This document shows positions 13,664 through 26,681 of a stretch of 64,000 nucleotides of DNA, in pieces. The DNA comes from Octopus sinensis (taxonomy: Eukaryota). The notes beneath the pieces are model-generated. The model saw nothing but the letters and a program-made list of their open reading frames with translations. It did no database searches and was not told where the DNA came from. The stretch is taken from NCBI RefSeq assembly GCF_006345805.1, contig NC_043003.1, forward strand, positions 33,418,001-33,482,000. Direction: 5' to 3'. Made by a program: the position numbers and the translations under genes. The stretch's first letter is position 1; every line of letters begins with the position of its first letter.

Positions 13664-14740
13664 ATGTATTCTTGGAACGAAAAAAAAAGCAGCTGCAGCA
13701 ACAATACAGCAGTAAAGCATTTAATATTGGACATATAAGCTCAAATATAGCTCTACAACAACACTGTCATTATCAGATTAAAGTTTATGATACTTCCTCT
13801 GATCCAAAGCCTCTAACTTAATGTATTCGTTTATATAATGGAACTTACTTTTATGGTTTTATGTAAGGAAATCTAAAATTTAGTTCTTAACACTCTCTTA
13901 TCAAATGGTTTTTCATTTAGGCACGAGAACTGCAAGTTTAAGATAAGAATTTAGTCAGTGCCAACGAATCCCTGTACTTGGCTGTAAGGCTATCTCTTCC
14001 AAGAATTAAAATTCTTGATACTTTCAATGTTAATTAAAATATATAGGAAGTGTATTTCATTAATAAATACAATCACCAAAAGGTTAAGCAAACCAAATGG
14101 CCACATCATAACGAATACAAAGCAGACATCGTCTTATATACATTATACACGCACTACATATGATTTGTGGATCAATTTAGCACGTAGATACACAATTGTC
14201 TGATATGATACATAAATGATATTCACTGAATGTAAATGAATTATATTTCAAGTTCATCGAAGTTAGATGTAATCTGTCGGCTGATATAATACCATCATCC
14301 GGAACATGGCTATTTTTAGCTGAGTTCATTCTGTTGCAAATACTCCACTCAGTTCTTCGAGCTGCAGAATGTTTCCTGAATTGCCTACACGTGTCTCACA
14401 AATCACTGTTCTACCTCTCATTGAGTTAAGCCAAAAGAGAATGAGAAAAAACAAAAACTTAGTGAAACTCAAAGAGCAAAGAAGGTTATCTAAGAATCAT
14501 ATTAATAAGGGTACATACACGAATTTACAATCAATATATATACATATTCATGTTATAGAACATAAGCTATATAGTGCGGGCAGGACACTTTCGTAGGAGA
14601 AAAATGTAACAATTATTTTACTTGCGTTTGTATTGGCAAAAAGTGTCAGATATAAATGTGTGTGCATGAATGTATGTCTTGTGTCATTGTGATACCCCAG
14701 CATGGCCGCAGTCTCGTGACTGAAGCAATTAAAAGGTAAA

Positions 14741-14788
<48 letters not shown>

Positions 14789-14809
14789 CATATACATACA
14801 TATATATAA

Positions 14810-14842
<33 letters not shown>

Positions 14843-15114
14843 TAATGAGATACATACGTATGCCTACACACACACGCGCGCATGAACCTTCATACACACA
14901 CATACACGCATATATGTACACGTATATGTAAAATGTGTCTATGTGTACACATAAATATGGCTTAGAAGTATTTATGCATTCGAGAAGTTGAAGTGTGTTA
15001 TAAACTTCAAGTTAAAGATATACACAAGGGTTATGAAAAGGAAAGGAAATTGAAAAATTTAAAGAGGGGAATAATGTAATGATGCATGCCTATGAAGACG
15101 AAAAAATGGACAGT

Positions 15115-15204
15115 AATGATGATGATGACGACGATGGACAGTAATGACGACAATGACGACGATGACGACAATGATGACAAGGACGACAACTATGATGGTG
15201 ATCG

Positions 15205-15267
<63 letters not shown>

Positions 15268-15275
15268 CGATGATG
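15115..15275. repeat. (GAT)n/(GAC)n trinucleotide microsatellite
   Basis: Directly visible; source of the poly-D, poly-H and poly-M ORFs. Confidence 0.95.
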
Positions 15276-15989
15276 AAATCGATATCGACACAGTGTAGGC
15301 GAAGGCAACAAAGTCGGGATAGAGTGCAAAATAGACTTCAGCGAAGTCTATCTATAGATATAAATGGAATACGAAATTTGAATGTAGAGTTAGACTAAGA
15401 GAATAGCTAAAGAGAAGGGGAACAGTGTAGTCAAGGTGGTGTAAGTGGTTTTATCGAAGTGGGAAGGGCTTTGAGCAAGTTTGATAAACAAGAAAATCGT
15501 TTCGTCGGAAAAAAATCGATATATATATGATAGAAAATTTCTCGTAGATAGGAAAAGAATAAAGATCAGGGATAGGTCGAGTCGTCAATGAAGAGGTTAA
15601 GTCTGGCTGTAAATGTTTTTCTTTATTACTGTCACTATATGTTGTGTGTGTGTGTGTATGTGTACGTGCAAGTGTATGTGTACTATCTGTCTCTATGTAT
15701 GAGTGGTGCTGTAGATTTGTGTACGAACATGTGTGTATGTTCGTGTCTGAACGTGCGTAATCTCATTTGTCATCCACAGTGTTCATCTTTTGTTGATTAG
15801 TTATAGAGCTGCTCTAATCGAATGGATTTACAATCGCAGACATTTTTACAGTACGCACCCTATGTCTTCTTAATAAATGTGTATATTTAGAACATTATCA
15901 GAGTCTTTGATACTACTTGTAGAACGAAAACAAATGAATTACAACTCTCTTTTTTTCCTTCATTTTTGTGAGAGAGTTCTGTAAGAGAA

Positions 15990-17000
15990 AGCAGTACGTC
16001 AAGATAGAGCGTTATCCTCAAACCAAAGACCTTGGCCCAAAACAGCGAAGACTCACTGGAGGCATCAAGTGGTCAAATGCTGGTGTTAAAGTGGGCTATA
16101 GATTAAATCTAGCGTACAAAATAGAGAAATTCATTTAAAGTACATCAGCCCAGTTTGGGCTAACCATATTTTAGTAACGAAGCTTTTCCTCTGTTTAATG
16201 GTTTGTTATCTTGAGGGCAGTGTTTTATCTTGCTGGTTCTTCTAGGAAGCCACAGTGCGCATGGCCACTGCAAGTTCTACTGTACTGGTAAGACTGATAC
16301 CATTAATTAGACATGAGCAGAGAGGGAATTTTAAGGGTCGACGTTCTGTGAAGAAAGGTCTGACCGCAGGAATTGGTAGAGTTTCGAGGTGTATGAGGAG
16401 AAGCAGAGAAGAGTGATAGGAGAACGCCTGAGTGGATGCGACATGAATCCACCCATCACCAAATAGCAAATTTAATCATAGTAACAATAGAAATGATAAA
16501 TGTGGAGCCAGCGCCTGGTACTCGTTTTGGCGTGGTTTTATGCCTGTGAGTCTGGTACGTTTACTGAATGTGTTCTGTGATGTTCATTGTTGCTGCAGAT
16601 TAGAGAGCAATACTTAATTGTTAGCTTCAAATGAGATTTGTAGAGCATCAGTCATTATTCAGAGCTGAGATATCTTTTAACCATTAAGAAAAGAACGTGT
16701 CGTTTGAGGTGATCCTAGCTGAGGCTGTGAACGATCACCATTTATAGCCACAGACGTGAATCGAGAGCGAGATGAGAGAGGATAGGTAAAGTGACACATG
16801 AGCAGTTAAATAGGAGAGGAAGTCGTTTTAGAAGTGGTCAAAAGTCAGAACAAGAAGACTGTACACTACCAAGCCAAATCTTTGAGCGATTGTCAATCTG
16901 ATGCCAGTGTAGATACCCAACTGTCCTGGGAAACGAGAACTTTTACCTTCCCTGCCTTGAATTGAGTAACCGTTTTTCTTGGCTAGTTTTCTTTCTTATA
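15990..17000 (-). mobile_element. Old, degraded non-LTR RT remnant (CR1/Jockey-like)
   Basis: Fragmentary minus-strand motifs in the expected order: SVAINGDRS..GSPQ (VxVDG..GVPQ) near 16760-16700, then LYxxxVRP-like near 16390-16360. Read by eye only. Confidence 0.45.
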
Positions 17001-18214
17001 TCTGTCTGTACTTCTGACTGCTGAAAACGAAACACCACTCCATAACGATACATTGTGGTACCACAAAGTCAGAACGAGGTGAGATATGCGGGTCTCACTT
17101 CTCAGTGGTCAGTTCCCAATGCTACGCATTTTCTTCTTATTCTCCCTTTTCATCTTTCTTTCTAACCACTCTTCCTCAACATTGTCTTTGTCAATCTATT
17201 TCCCATTCGATTCCCGATGATCACTCTAAAAGATATATCCGCCCACATACATACAGGCATGCATACACAATATAGATCAAACACATAAATATACATACAA
17301 GCTCAAACAAAATCATCTACGCTTTCGCACATACACTCAATCACAAACATCATCATAATGTTTATCTCTATCATTCGGTTTCACGTTTTCCTCTTCTCGT
17401 TTTCTAACCGCTTCGTCTTATCCATATATATATACACATATTTACACACACACACACACACACGCGTGCACACACACATATACTCAAGCTTGTACATATA
17501 CACCGACACACTCATACACTCTGCCGCACGATTTACATAATTTTTCTCGAACATATTCTCTGATGTCAGTTCTAATTGATATAACTAACACACGCACACA
17601 CACACACACACATACACACACATAGCCACACACGCAATCACACAAGTACACGTTCACGCATACATACACATATACAAACACACACGCACATATTGTCATC
17701 ACCAGGATCTCTCGCACACTTATTTCTCTATCTCAATTCCCCTTTGTTTTCCTTTCTCTCTGTCCCTCTATCTCCCTCTCATCAACAACCCCCCCTCACA
17801 CTTCTTTGCCTTTCTCTTTTCCTCACACAGACACACACAGAGTCACATACACACACGCACATTTTAAAGGAATGCACTTGCACACATTTTCTTTGATCAT
17901 CATTTTCATCTCCATCCCCGTTTGCTTCTCATGAAAAACAGACGTAAACATTTTAAGCTCACGCTCTCTTCCATCTTTCTCCCGTCCCTCTTTCTCTCTC
18001 ACCCGCTCCACATGAACATACACATACACACACGGTCACACAAATATATGTAGATACATATTTGATTGATGTTTTTTAATCTATCTATCTATCTAGCCAC
18101 CTGTCTATCTACCTACCTACCCAACTACCTACATACCCGTTTGTCTGTCTGTTGGCCGTCCGTTCGTCCGTCTGACTATCTGTCTAACTGTCTGTCTGTC
18201 TGTCCGTCTGTCTG

Positions 18215-18272
<58 letters not shown>

Positions 18273-18275
<3 letters not shown>

Positions 18276-18528
18276 TTTCCCCTTTTTTCTTCTTTTTTCA
18301 TTTCTATTTTCTTTTGTTCCTTTTCCTTTTCTTCTTTTTTTATTATTATTTTTTTATTTTATTTTTTTTTGTTCTTTTCTTCCCTTTTACGATCCCTCTT
18401 GATCGAAAACCTACGCCACCCCTTTTTTGTTTCTTTGTTGTTTTGTGTTTTTTTCATCCCCCAAAAGAAAAGCTCTACCTTGTAACTTGTCCCATCTGTG
18501 TGCAGCCCTGTGTGGCCAATAAAGAAAC

Positions 18529-18529
<1 letters not shown>
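18273..18529 (+). mobile_element. 5'-truncated retroposon 3' end inside a (TATC)n tract
   Basis: T-rich segment, then CTTGTCCCATCTGTGTGCAGCCCTGTGTGGCC-AATAAA (18518-18523) running straight into (TATC)n. Confidence 0.55.
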
Positions 18530-18591
<62 letters not shown>

Positions 18592-18708
18592 CTATCTCTC
18601 ATCTATCTAGCCACCTGTCCATCTACCTACCTATCCAAATACCTACATACCCGTCTGTCTGTCTGTTGGCCGTCCGTTTGTCCGTCTGTCTATCTGTCTA
18701 TCTGTCTG

Positions 18709-18780
<72 letters not shown>

Positions 18781-18803
18781 CCAATCTATCTATCTATCTA
18801 TCC

Positions 18804-18845
<42 letters not shown>

Positions 18846-18869
18846 ATATATATATATATATCTGTTTTC

Positions 18870-18985
<116 letters not shown>

Positions 18986-19739
18986 CAGCTCTAACCAACT
19001 ATCCATAACTTTCTCTTTACCGTTCTCTCCTTGTCTCTGTTTCTCTGTCTTTTTCTCACTCTCCCTGTGTGCTTGTGTGTGTATAAGCACACACATATAC
19101 ATATATGTATACATTCATTCATGTACGTAGCTACATACACATCTATTTACTAGAATATATATCATGTTGTCACTTATAAATTGTAGTACTATACTTTCTT
19201 TTACATTTTAATCTTTCTCCAACACACACAACCTCTCTCTCACTATGGTTTTTGTTTTCCTACTCTCTTTCTCATTTCTATTATAGACTCTTTCAATTTT
19301 TCATCTTGATGGCTACGAATGTTAAATTTGCCATCCATTTTGTGTTCTTCCATCTTTCATAAGTTTCTCTGTTCTTCCTCTTTCTATTTCTCTCTTTTAA
19401 ATAATTGATAAAAGTATAAATTCTAACACCCTGGTCTCTGCTTTTATCTTTCGCTCGGTCAGCCTCTCTCATCTCTGTTCCCTTTCTACATTATTTTACC
19501 ATATTCCTGATACCTCTATTATAATTGATAAATCTTAGAATGTCATTGTATATCTTAGCATCCATCTTTCTCTCTCTGTTTCATTCTTAGTTTTTATTCT
19601 ATTTTGTTCGCAATGCTGGTTTCGCATGTTAAACGTCTAAATCATTCTTTCTTTAAGTCACCTCTTACCAGTTTTTTATTTTCATTCTTTCAATGTATTT
19701 TACAAAGGCTGTTAATCTTAACTCGCTCTTTTATTTACA

Positions 19740-20580
19740 AGACTGAGCTGACCATAACCAAGTAGACTGACCAACTGAATTTATTATTTATCATCGATGG
19801 AGAAATACCAGCAGAGTTGGACGGAAGGTAGTGGGTTGGAATCGAATCTCCCTTAGATTTAATGCCACTCGGATGTCTTATCAGAGTGGCAGTAAATGTA
19901 ACGATAATGCTTCACAGAAGAGACATTTATTAATAGCAAAATCATATGAAACTGATTTCCTTCAAAGTAGGATCGTTTGATATCAATGCACTTGTTGTAG
20001 TGCTCCAGTTCCTTCCCGAAGGCCTCATGGAAGTCCTCGAAGTGCAGCTTTTCAACACCTTTGCCATAGACTCAACGTCTCTTTCCTTCAGCTTGGGCTA
20101 CAACCAAAAGTCACAGAGTGCAATGGTCTGGATTACTGGGAGGGTGAAAGGCAGGTTTAATGCCCAACTCTGTCAAGTAGTACATTGTCAGGATAGAAGT
20201 GTGAAGTGGTGCAATATTCTGATGGAGCTGCTCTGGCCGTTTTGTGACGAACTCTCTTCCCGAATTCCGTCAAACCTACCAAAATATTCTTTGTTGGAGG
20301 TCTGGCTAGATGGAATCCAATGAATGTAGATGATGCTCCTGCTGTCTAAAACAGGAATAATCACGAGCTTCCCTGAAGATTACTGTTACCTGGCATATTA
20401 TGTTTTTGTAAAACAGGTGCTCAGCGGATACAAATTAATTCATAATCCATAATCACTCCGGAGTATTTCATAATTTTCTGCAGTCTTTTCCCCCAATTTA
20501 ACATAAAACATAATTGCAAAAAAAACTTCTACGTTCTCTTCACGTCCACACAACATTTTGCAAAGAGACAGCCATGACAA
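19740..20580 (-). mobile_element. Internally deleted mariner remnant
   Basis: N-terminal HTH MFYVKLGEKTAENYEILRSDYG (ORF 20440..20724). A degraded SPDxAxCDF-like segment and YFEG-type C-terminus lie at ~20130-19950. Confidence 0.65.
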
Positions 20581-20984
20581 GCTATATAATACATACATAC
20601 ATACATACATACATACATACATACATGCAAACATACATATACACACAAACGCACAGACACACACACACACATATATATATGTATATAGGTATGCAAGCAT
20701 GTATGTTTGTATGTATGTATGCATGTATGCATGTATGTATAAGTGAGTTTACAGGGATATAATATTCAGGCGGATAACGTATTTGCTTTCACTTCTTATT
20801 AAACAATAACCAGCAAAGACTTTCTACATCCAGTTTAATTCGAAGCTGACCTGTGATACAGACCCTGGTGAAATGCCACTGACAATATTGCAAGGCTGCA
20901 TCTGCAAACAGTGTGGAGTTGCTGCAGCCTAAATGTAAATTAGATTATCGATGTGTAATTTCCATTCTCTATAATATTTATGTG

Positions 20985-21040
<56 letters not shown>

Positions 21041-21257
21041 ATATATATATATGCCTGTATTTATGTATCTCTCTGTATATATATATATATATATATATTA
21101 TGTGAAATAGAAAGATGAATAATCTTGTAGCAGATTAATCAAAAGTTTAACCGATACCTTGGTAGCAAAAATCACAGCAGAAGACAGCACGGTTGGAGGT
21201 ACAACCATATGGTGTTGCAACCGTGCGTTGGTGCGGATAATTGAATTTTAATATTAT

Positions 21258-21531
21258 TAGTGAATTGAAGAAATGGAGTTGAACGAAGATTGAACAGAAA
21301 ACGTTTTATTTCATTCTACACGTGTTTCGAAAGGCACAATTTACCAAAATCCGATTGAATAATGAGACCATATTGTGTCTTTCTCTTCAGAGAAAGACAC
21401 GAAGAGAAAGACACAATATGATCTCATTATTCAATCGGATTTTGGTAAATTGTGCCTTTCGAAACACGTGTAGAATGAAATAAAACGTTTTCTGTTCAAT
21501 CTTCGTTCAGCTCCATTTCTTCAATTCACTA
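21258..21531. repeat. Near-perfect fold-back palindrome (131-bp arms, 12-nt loop) from a Penelope-like terminal repeat, with a hammerhead-like motif
   Basis: Arm 21258-21388 is the reverse complement of 21401-21531; I found 2 mismatches. Minus strand has CTGAAGA-stem-GAAAC-ACGT-GTA. Confidence 0.9.
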
Positions 21532-21823
21532 TATATATATATATATATATGCCTGTATTTATGTATCTCTCTGTATATATATATATGTATATATATATTC
21601 GAAACACGGAGTAGACGAAACAGGGACAACTGAAGAAGGGAAATATTCCTTGTGTTGTATATCTTTCGTTGTTTGAAAAAAAGTTCGTATCCATGTTTTT
21701 GTTTTTGTTTTCGTTTCTCATTGTGGTCAAAGATTTTTTTGATGTCCTCTACCCATATATGCATGTATATGTAATTATAGATATAGGTATGTACATATAT
21801 GTATGTATATATGTATATATATA

Positions 21824-21855
<32 letters not shown>

Positions 21856-22234
21856 ATTGTATGTATATATGTATATATATATATATATTATATATATATA
21901 TATATATATATTTGTGTGTGTGTCTGTATATATATATAGTTGAATGGTAGGGCACCGGTTCGGGTCAAAATTAAATTGCATGCACAGCCAAGATAGATGA
22001 ATACATACACGGCTATCGAGTACAGGCAAAATGAAATTTAGGACATGCATACAACTAATTGAACTCCAATGAGTATATCAGTAGGGTTAATTAACAAACG
22101 CACATTGTATTAAATATACTGTCTATAATATACTTCGGATCACGCGAAGAGCAAGTCCCGAGAGAGGTGAATTATAAATAATAAATAACAGATGGATACA
22201 TACGTACTTACATGCATACATACATACACACACA

Positions 22235-22295
<61 letters not shown>

Positions 22296-22347
22296 ATATA
22301 TATATATATGTATGTATACACACACACACACATATATATATATATGC

Positions 22348-22379
<32 letters not shown>

Positions 22380-22604
22380 GTATATATAATATATATTCAC
22401 GTGTTTACATATGGGTTCATGCGTATATGTGACCATGTGTATACAGAAATAATGTAAGTTTCATATAGCTAACAAAGACAAAACATTAAGTGGAGAACAT
22501 AGATCATGGCATGAAGCAAACAGAGTGAAACAGTAACACACACACACATATATATGTATGTATGTATGTATATATATATATATATATATATATAGATATA
22601 TATA

Positions 22605-22681
<77 letters not shown>

Positions 22682-23453
22682 TATATATATAATCCACCCT
22701 TTATCTCTCTTACTTTGAAGACCATGCTTGCTTTTCTTATTCTCATGTCAAAAATGGTCTAAGTATCGAAGTTGAAGAGAACAGTTGTATGATGCATAAG
22801 TAGAAGAAAGTGCCGGAAGACATATCAAAAGAGAGACATGGTGTTAGGTGGACACTGTCATTACGTTTTGTATTTTTCTCCTCTCTCTATTCTTTAGTCC
22901 CCTCGCTTTCAGCATTTCAGCTACTTTTGGTAGAGTCCATCGTTAGTATATATTATTATAGTTTTTTATTTCCATTTATGGTTTACTTTCTTTCAACACG
23001 TCACTATTCTCATGCATATATCTGTCAATCTATCTAACTAAATATTTATCTCTCTCTAAGCGCACGCACCCTCATTCACAAGCACACTCATATAGGCTTT
23101 TATGAGCGTGTGCGCCTCACACGCGTATTTCTGAGTCTGTGTTTGTGTGTGTGTGTCTGAACGAAAACAATATAATATTTTAACCTATGCCAACAAAAAG
23201 AATGTGTAGATAAAACTTTATAGACACAGAGTACGATTCTAAAACATCTGAAATATAAAAGTAAATCACTCGAAGGGGAAACTTCTTCGATCTGAAAATA
23301 CTGTCTGGAAAATGAAAATACAGAGCAAACATTTTCAGGCGTCTAACTCAGTAAAATCTGAAATAATCTCCTAGTTCTGAAATAATGTTATATGATGTGT
23401 ACTATATCGAAGACAAGGAAAGAAGAAACATAAATGAATAAACAATTAAACGA

Positions 23454-23485
<32 letters not shown>

Positions 23486-23505
23486 TATATATAGCATATA
23501 TATAT

Positions 23506-23541
<36 letters not shown>

Positions 23542-23547
<6 letters not shown>

Positions 23548-23647
23548 CAAAATAAGCAACAAGAATAACTTCGGTAAGTTGGTACGATCGTTCGCACTAC
23601 ATCATACCAAATTACCGAATTTATTCTTGTTGCTTATTTTGATTATA
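23542..23647. repeat. Inverted repeat (~45-bp arms) abutting (TA)n
   Basis: TATAATCAAAATAAGCAACAAGAATAA.TTCGGTAA.TTGGTA pairs with TACCAA.TTACCGAA.TTATTCTTGTTGCTTATTTTGATTATA. Confidence 0.85.
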
Positions 23648-23739
23648 ATCATCCTATGGATTTATATGGATAACATCATACAAAATTCTGGTGCAACTAA
23701 CTTAAGTACCATATTCATTTGAATCTAAATTTTGCTGAA

Positions 23740-23776
<37 letters not shown>

Positions 23777-24340
23777 GTATGTATATATGCATAAACATCC
23801 ATTGGGTAGATAAAGCATATGTGTACAGACACCATATGATTAGAACTAGAATGAAGAATCGCGTGCTTGCATATACGATATATTTATACACGCAGAAAGA
23901 GAGGACTGATACTGACGTCGCAGTTTCACCTTGCTTGGCATCCTTATATTGTTAACAAAATACATATGCTAATCTAATGAAAAGTATTGGGTGATCCCTC
24001 AATTTATTGTTCGATTGTTCTTCATATATGTATACAAATTTATAAAATAACAAAATATGAATATATCTCTGCGGATGTGTGTGTCCCGTATTTGTGTGTA
24101 TGTGTTTGTATGTGTGTGTATGCAAGTATGCGTGTAATAGTATGGTGTGTATGTGTATGTTAAAAGAAGTACCTAATTATGAATATATATTCTCGAAAAA
24201 GAAACGAGACATTATTTAGATACATTGTTTTAAGGATATGCTCACATTTAGTATTACAACTTTGAGTAGATTAGTTTAAGCGGTCTCAAAATTTCACCTT
24301 AAGAGTCAGTAGGACAATCAATCTATGTTTTCTGTCTAAA

Positions 24341-26480
24341 GGAGCAGGCGTGGCTGTATGGTAAGAAGCTTGCTTCCTGCGCTTCGTCGGTCAGTGTTTT
24401 CTTTTTTTTTTTTGCACTGCTAGGAGTCACGACACCAACGTCGTGAATTATTGAACAAGTGAAGCACAATTACAAGGTAAGACATTTGTTTTTTTTTAGA
24501 TTCAGTGGGGGTTTCTTACTCGTGTTTAAATATTTTATCGAGCAAGAAATCTCCACTGAGTTCCGGGCATTTGTCTGCCTGTAGTTGTGTTTAAAGTCTC
24601 ACTTAGCGGTGAGAAGTGTGTTTTGGGGACGCTTTTATCTTCCTATAATTGTGCTTATTTTTTACCAAATTTTGGTGAAATTAGTGTGTGACTGTTTTGT
24701 GCCCTGGATTATCAAGTGGATTACCGAGTTGGACAGGTGTACCAGGACAGCCGGAAGATGAGTTTACTGTGTTTTTGAACTCTTTCTTTTCTTCTTCCTT
24801 CTTTCCTGCAATTTTTTAAAACCCTGTGAACCTTTGTTTTTCTGTAAAAACAAGGCAAGAAAGTGAAAAACATCGCGTTGGCGTGGGAGATTGTCCCACT
24901 CAAACAGTGGATGAAAACTTTCAAGAGAAGACGGTGGTGTTAAGGAATTACTCAAAGTCGCTCGACATCATCGCCCTCTTTAAAACGACTCAAATTGAAA
25001 AGGAGTTGGCAGAGTATTTGCCAAATATTAAATTCATCTCCAATGGGGTCAAATATGCAACAGTGTGGTTGCTATTTGAGACCCCTGAGGAGGCTCGCAA
25101 ATTTGCGAGCCAGCCCTTAGTGAGCAAAGATATTTTGTTTCTTCCGACGTATTGTGGGAAGGAGTTGACAAGAGCTTGGGTCTGCGGGTTGTCATCCGGG
25201 ATAGAAACCGAGTGGATAGAAGATACAGTCCACTGGGGTCTGGGTGGCAGCGGATCCAAGCTACTTAATGTTAAAATATTTTCCGGCGGCTGATTGGGTC
25301 GGGGAGAAAGCTGTTTTGACCCTGTGGACCCAATCAGCGAAGAATCTGGTCTTTCCAGACATCTTGAAAATGGCTGGTTGCAAGTACCCGGTGACGCCCA
25401 CTCCAAGTGTCACCTGTGTCTGGAACCGGGCCACATGATAAAGAACTGTCCCCAGGACCAGAGTAGGTTCCTGGAACAGTTGGTTGTGGAAGAGTTCCTC
25501 TCCTCCTTCGGGGTGGGGGAGAGATAGGGGTAGTTGAGGAGGTAGAGACCTCCCCAAAAGAGGGGGAAAAGGAAGGTTGCTCACCGAAGGACCCTAAACC
25601 TGCGGGAGGGAGGGATGATCCTCTGGTTAAAGCAGAGGAACCACCCCCTCCCGTATCAAAGACGAGAAAAAAAGAAAAAGGGTGGAACAGTGCCGGCATG
25701 TCGGCATGTCCTGAAACCTCGTCGGTGGGAATTTGCGCCATCCACGGAGGAAACTGTGACACTTTACAGTATAATAAATTAGGAATTTGTGATCTTCTGT
25801 TTTAAGGAACTTTGTGAGGGATCTGGAAGGACGAGAACAGGCGGTCCTGACCTGCATTGAAAGCCCGGATTGTGCCCCCGCAGGTGGATGCGGAGGTCAT
25901 GGCGGAAAATTATTTCTACAGGGTGATAGATTCCTTTACCAAAGATGAATACAATTATCTCTTATGAGGCCCCAGCTTGCGACTGCATACGGCAAGAGAC
26001 TTAATCGGTAAAGTAAGAGGTCTTAGTGCCTAGATTCGAACGTGGTGATTTTGGTAAGAGACTTAGCGTCTCACGTTGAATACATTTGCTGATCTTTTGT
26101 AAGATTTGATTGGTAAGAGGCTCAGCGCCTCAATTTGTAATTGTAGTAAGAGGTTCCACACCTCATTTATGCTTTAAAAAAAGAACGATGTTATCGGGAA
26201 GTAATAATCGGCGGGCGTTGGCTAATTCCCCCACAAACCATCTCTTTTTTCATTCCATCATCATCATCGTGTCTGTGTCCAGCCCGCATGCTTCCATTTG
26301 TATAATGTATTTATGGCAAATGTAATGAAATAAAGAAGCTTGCTTCCTAACCCCATACCACATAGTTCTGCATTCATCCCACAAAGTAACACCTTGTGCA
26401 ATGACTTCTACTATAGCCTCGGTAGCTTCAGGCTGACCAATAGCTTGTGAATGGATTTGGCTGACAGAATCTGAAAGGAG
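24341..26480 (+). mobile_element. Family B SINE split by an insertion (head 24341-24378, remainder 26349-~26480)
   Basis: GCAGGCGTGGCTGTATGGTAAGAAGCTTGCTTCCT resumes after the insert as AACC...CCACATAGTTCTG...CTTCTACTATAGCCTCGG...GTGAATGGATTTGG. Confidence 0.85.
24379..26332 (+). mobile_element. Non-autonomous L1/Tx1-like element carrying only a degraded ORF1 (gag-like, CCHC knuckle), 16-bp TSD
   Basis: AAGAAGCTTGCTTCCT at 24363-24378 and 26333-26348. Frameshifted ORF ~24826-25965 with an RRM-like segment (WLLFETPEEARKF) and CHLCLEPGHMIKNC (25408-25449). A-rich 3' end. No EN or RT. Confidence 0.8.
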
Positions 26481-26485
26481 CATAT

Positions 26486-26525
<40 letters not shown>

Positions 26526-26681
26526 AGAGCGGGGATGTGATATGACGGCAGATACTGAATTTCTCAGAGAAAAATACCAAGGCTGATACATTTAGATGGC
26601 ACGTTTTTTTTTGCAAAATTCCTTTAGGTCGCATACTTTGTTACAGTTTATATCTTGGATACTTAGAGTGTAAAACAAAAT

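Noticed and set aside
15086-15398. Poly-Asp, poly-His and poly-Met ORFs
   Set aside because: Three readings of one (GAT)n repeat; no flanking coding signal.
20830-20940. GC-richer island with possible exon boundaries on either strand
   Set aside because: No recognisable peptide and ambiguous splice sites.
25990-26165. Repeat-spacer pattern as a CRISPR-like array
   Set aside because: Units are short, degenerate and irregularly spaced inside a eukaryotic retro-element; no cas genes.
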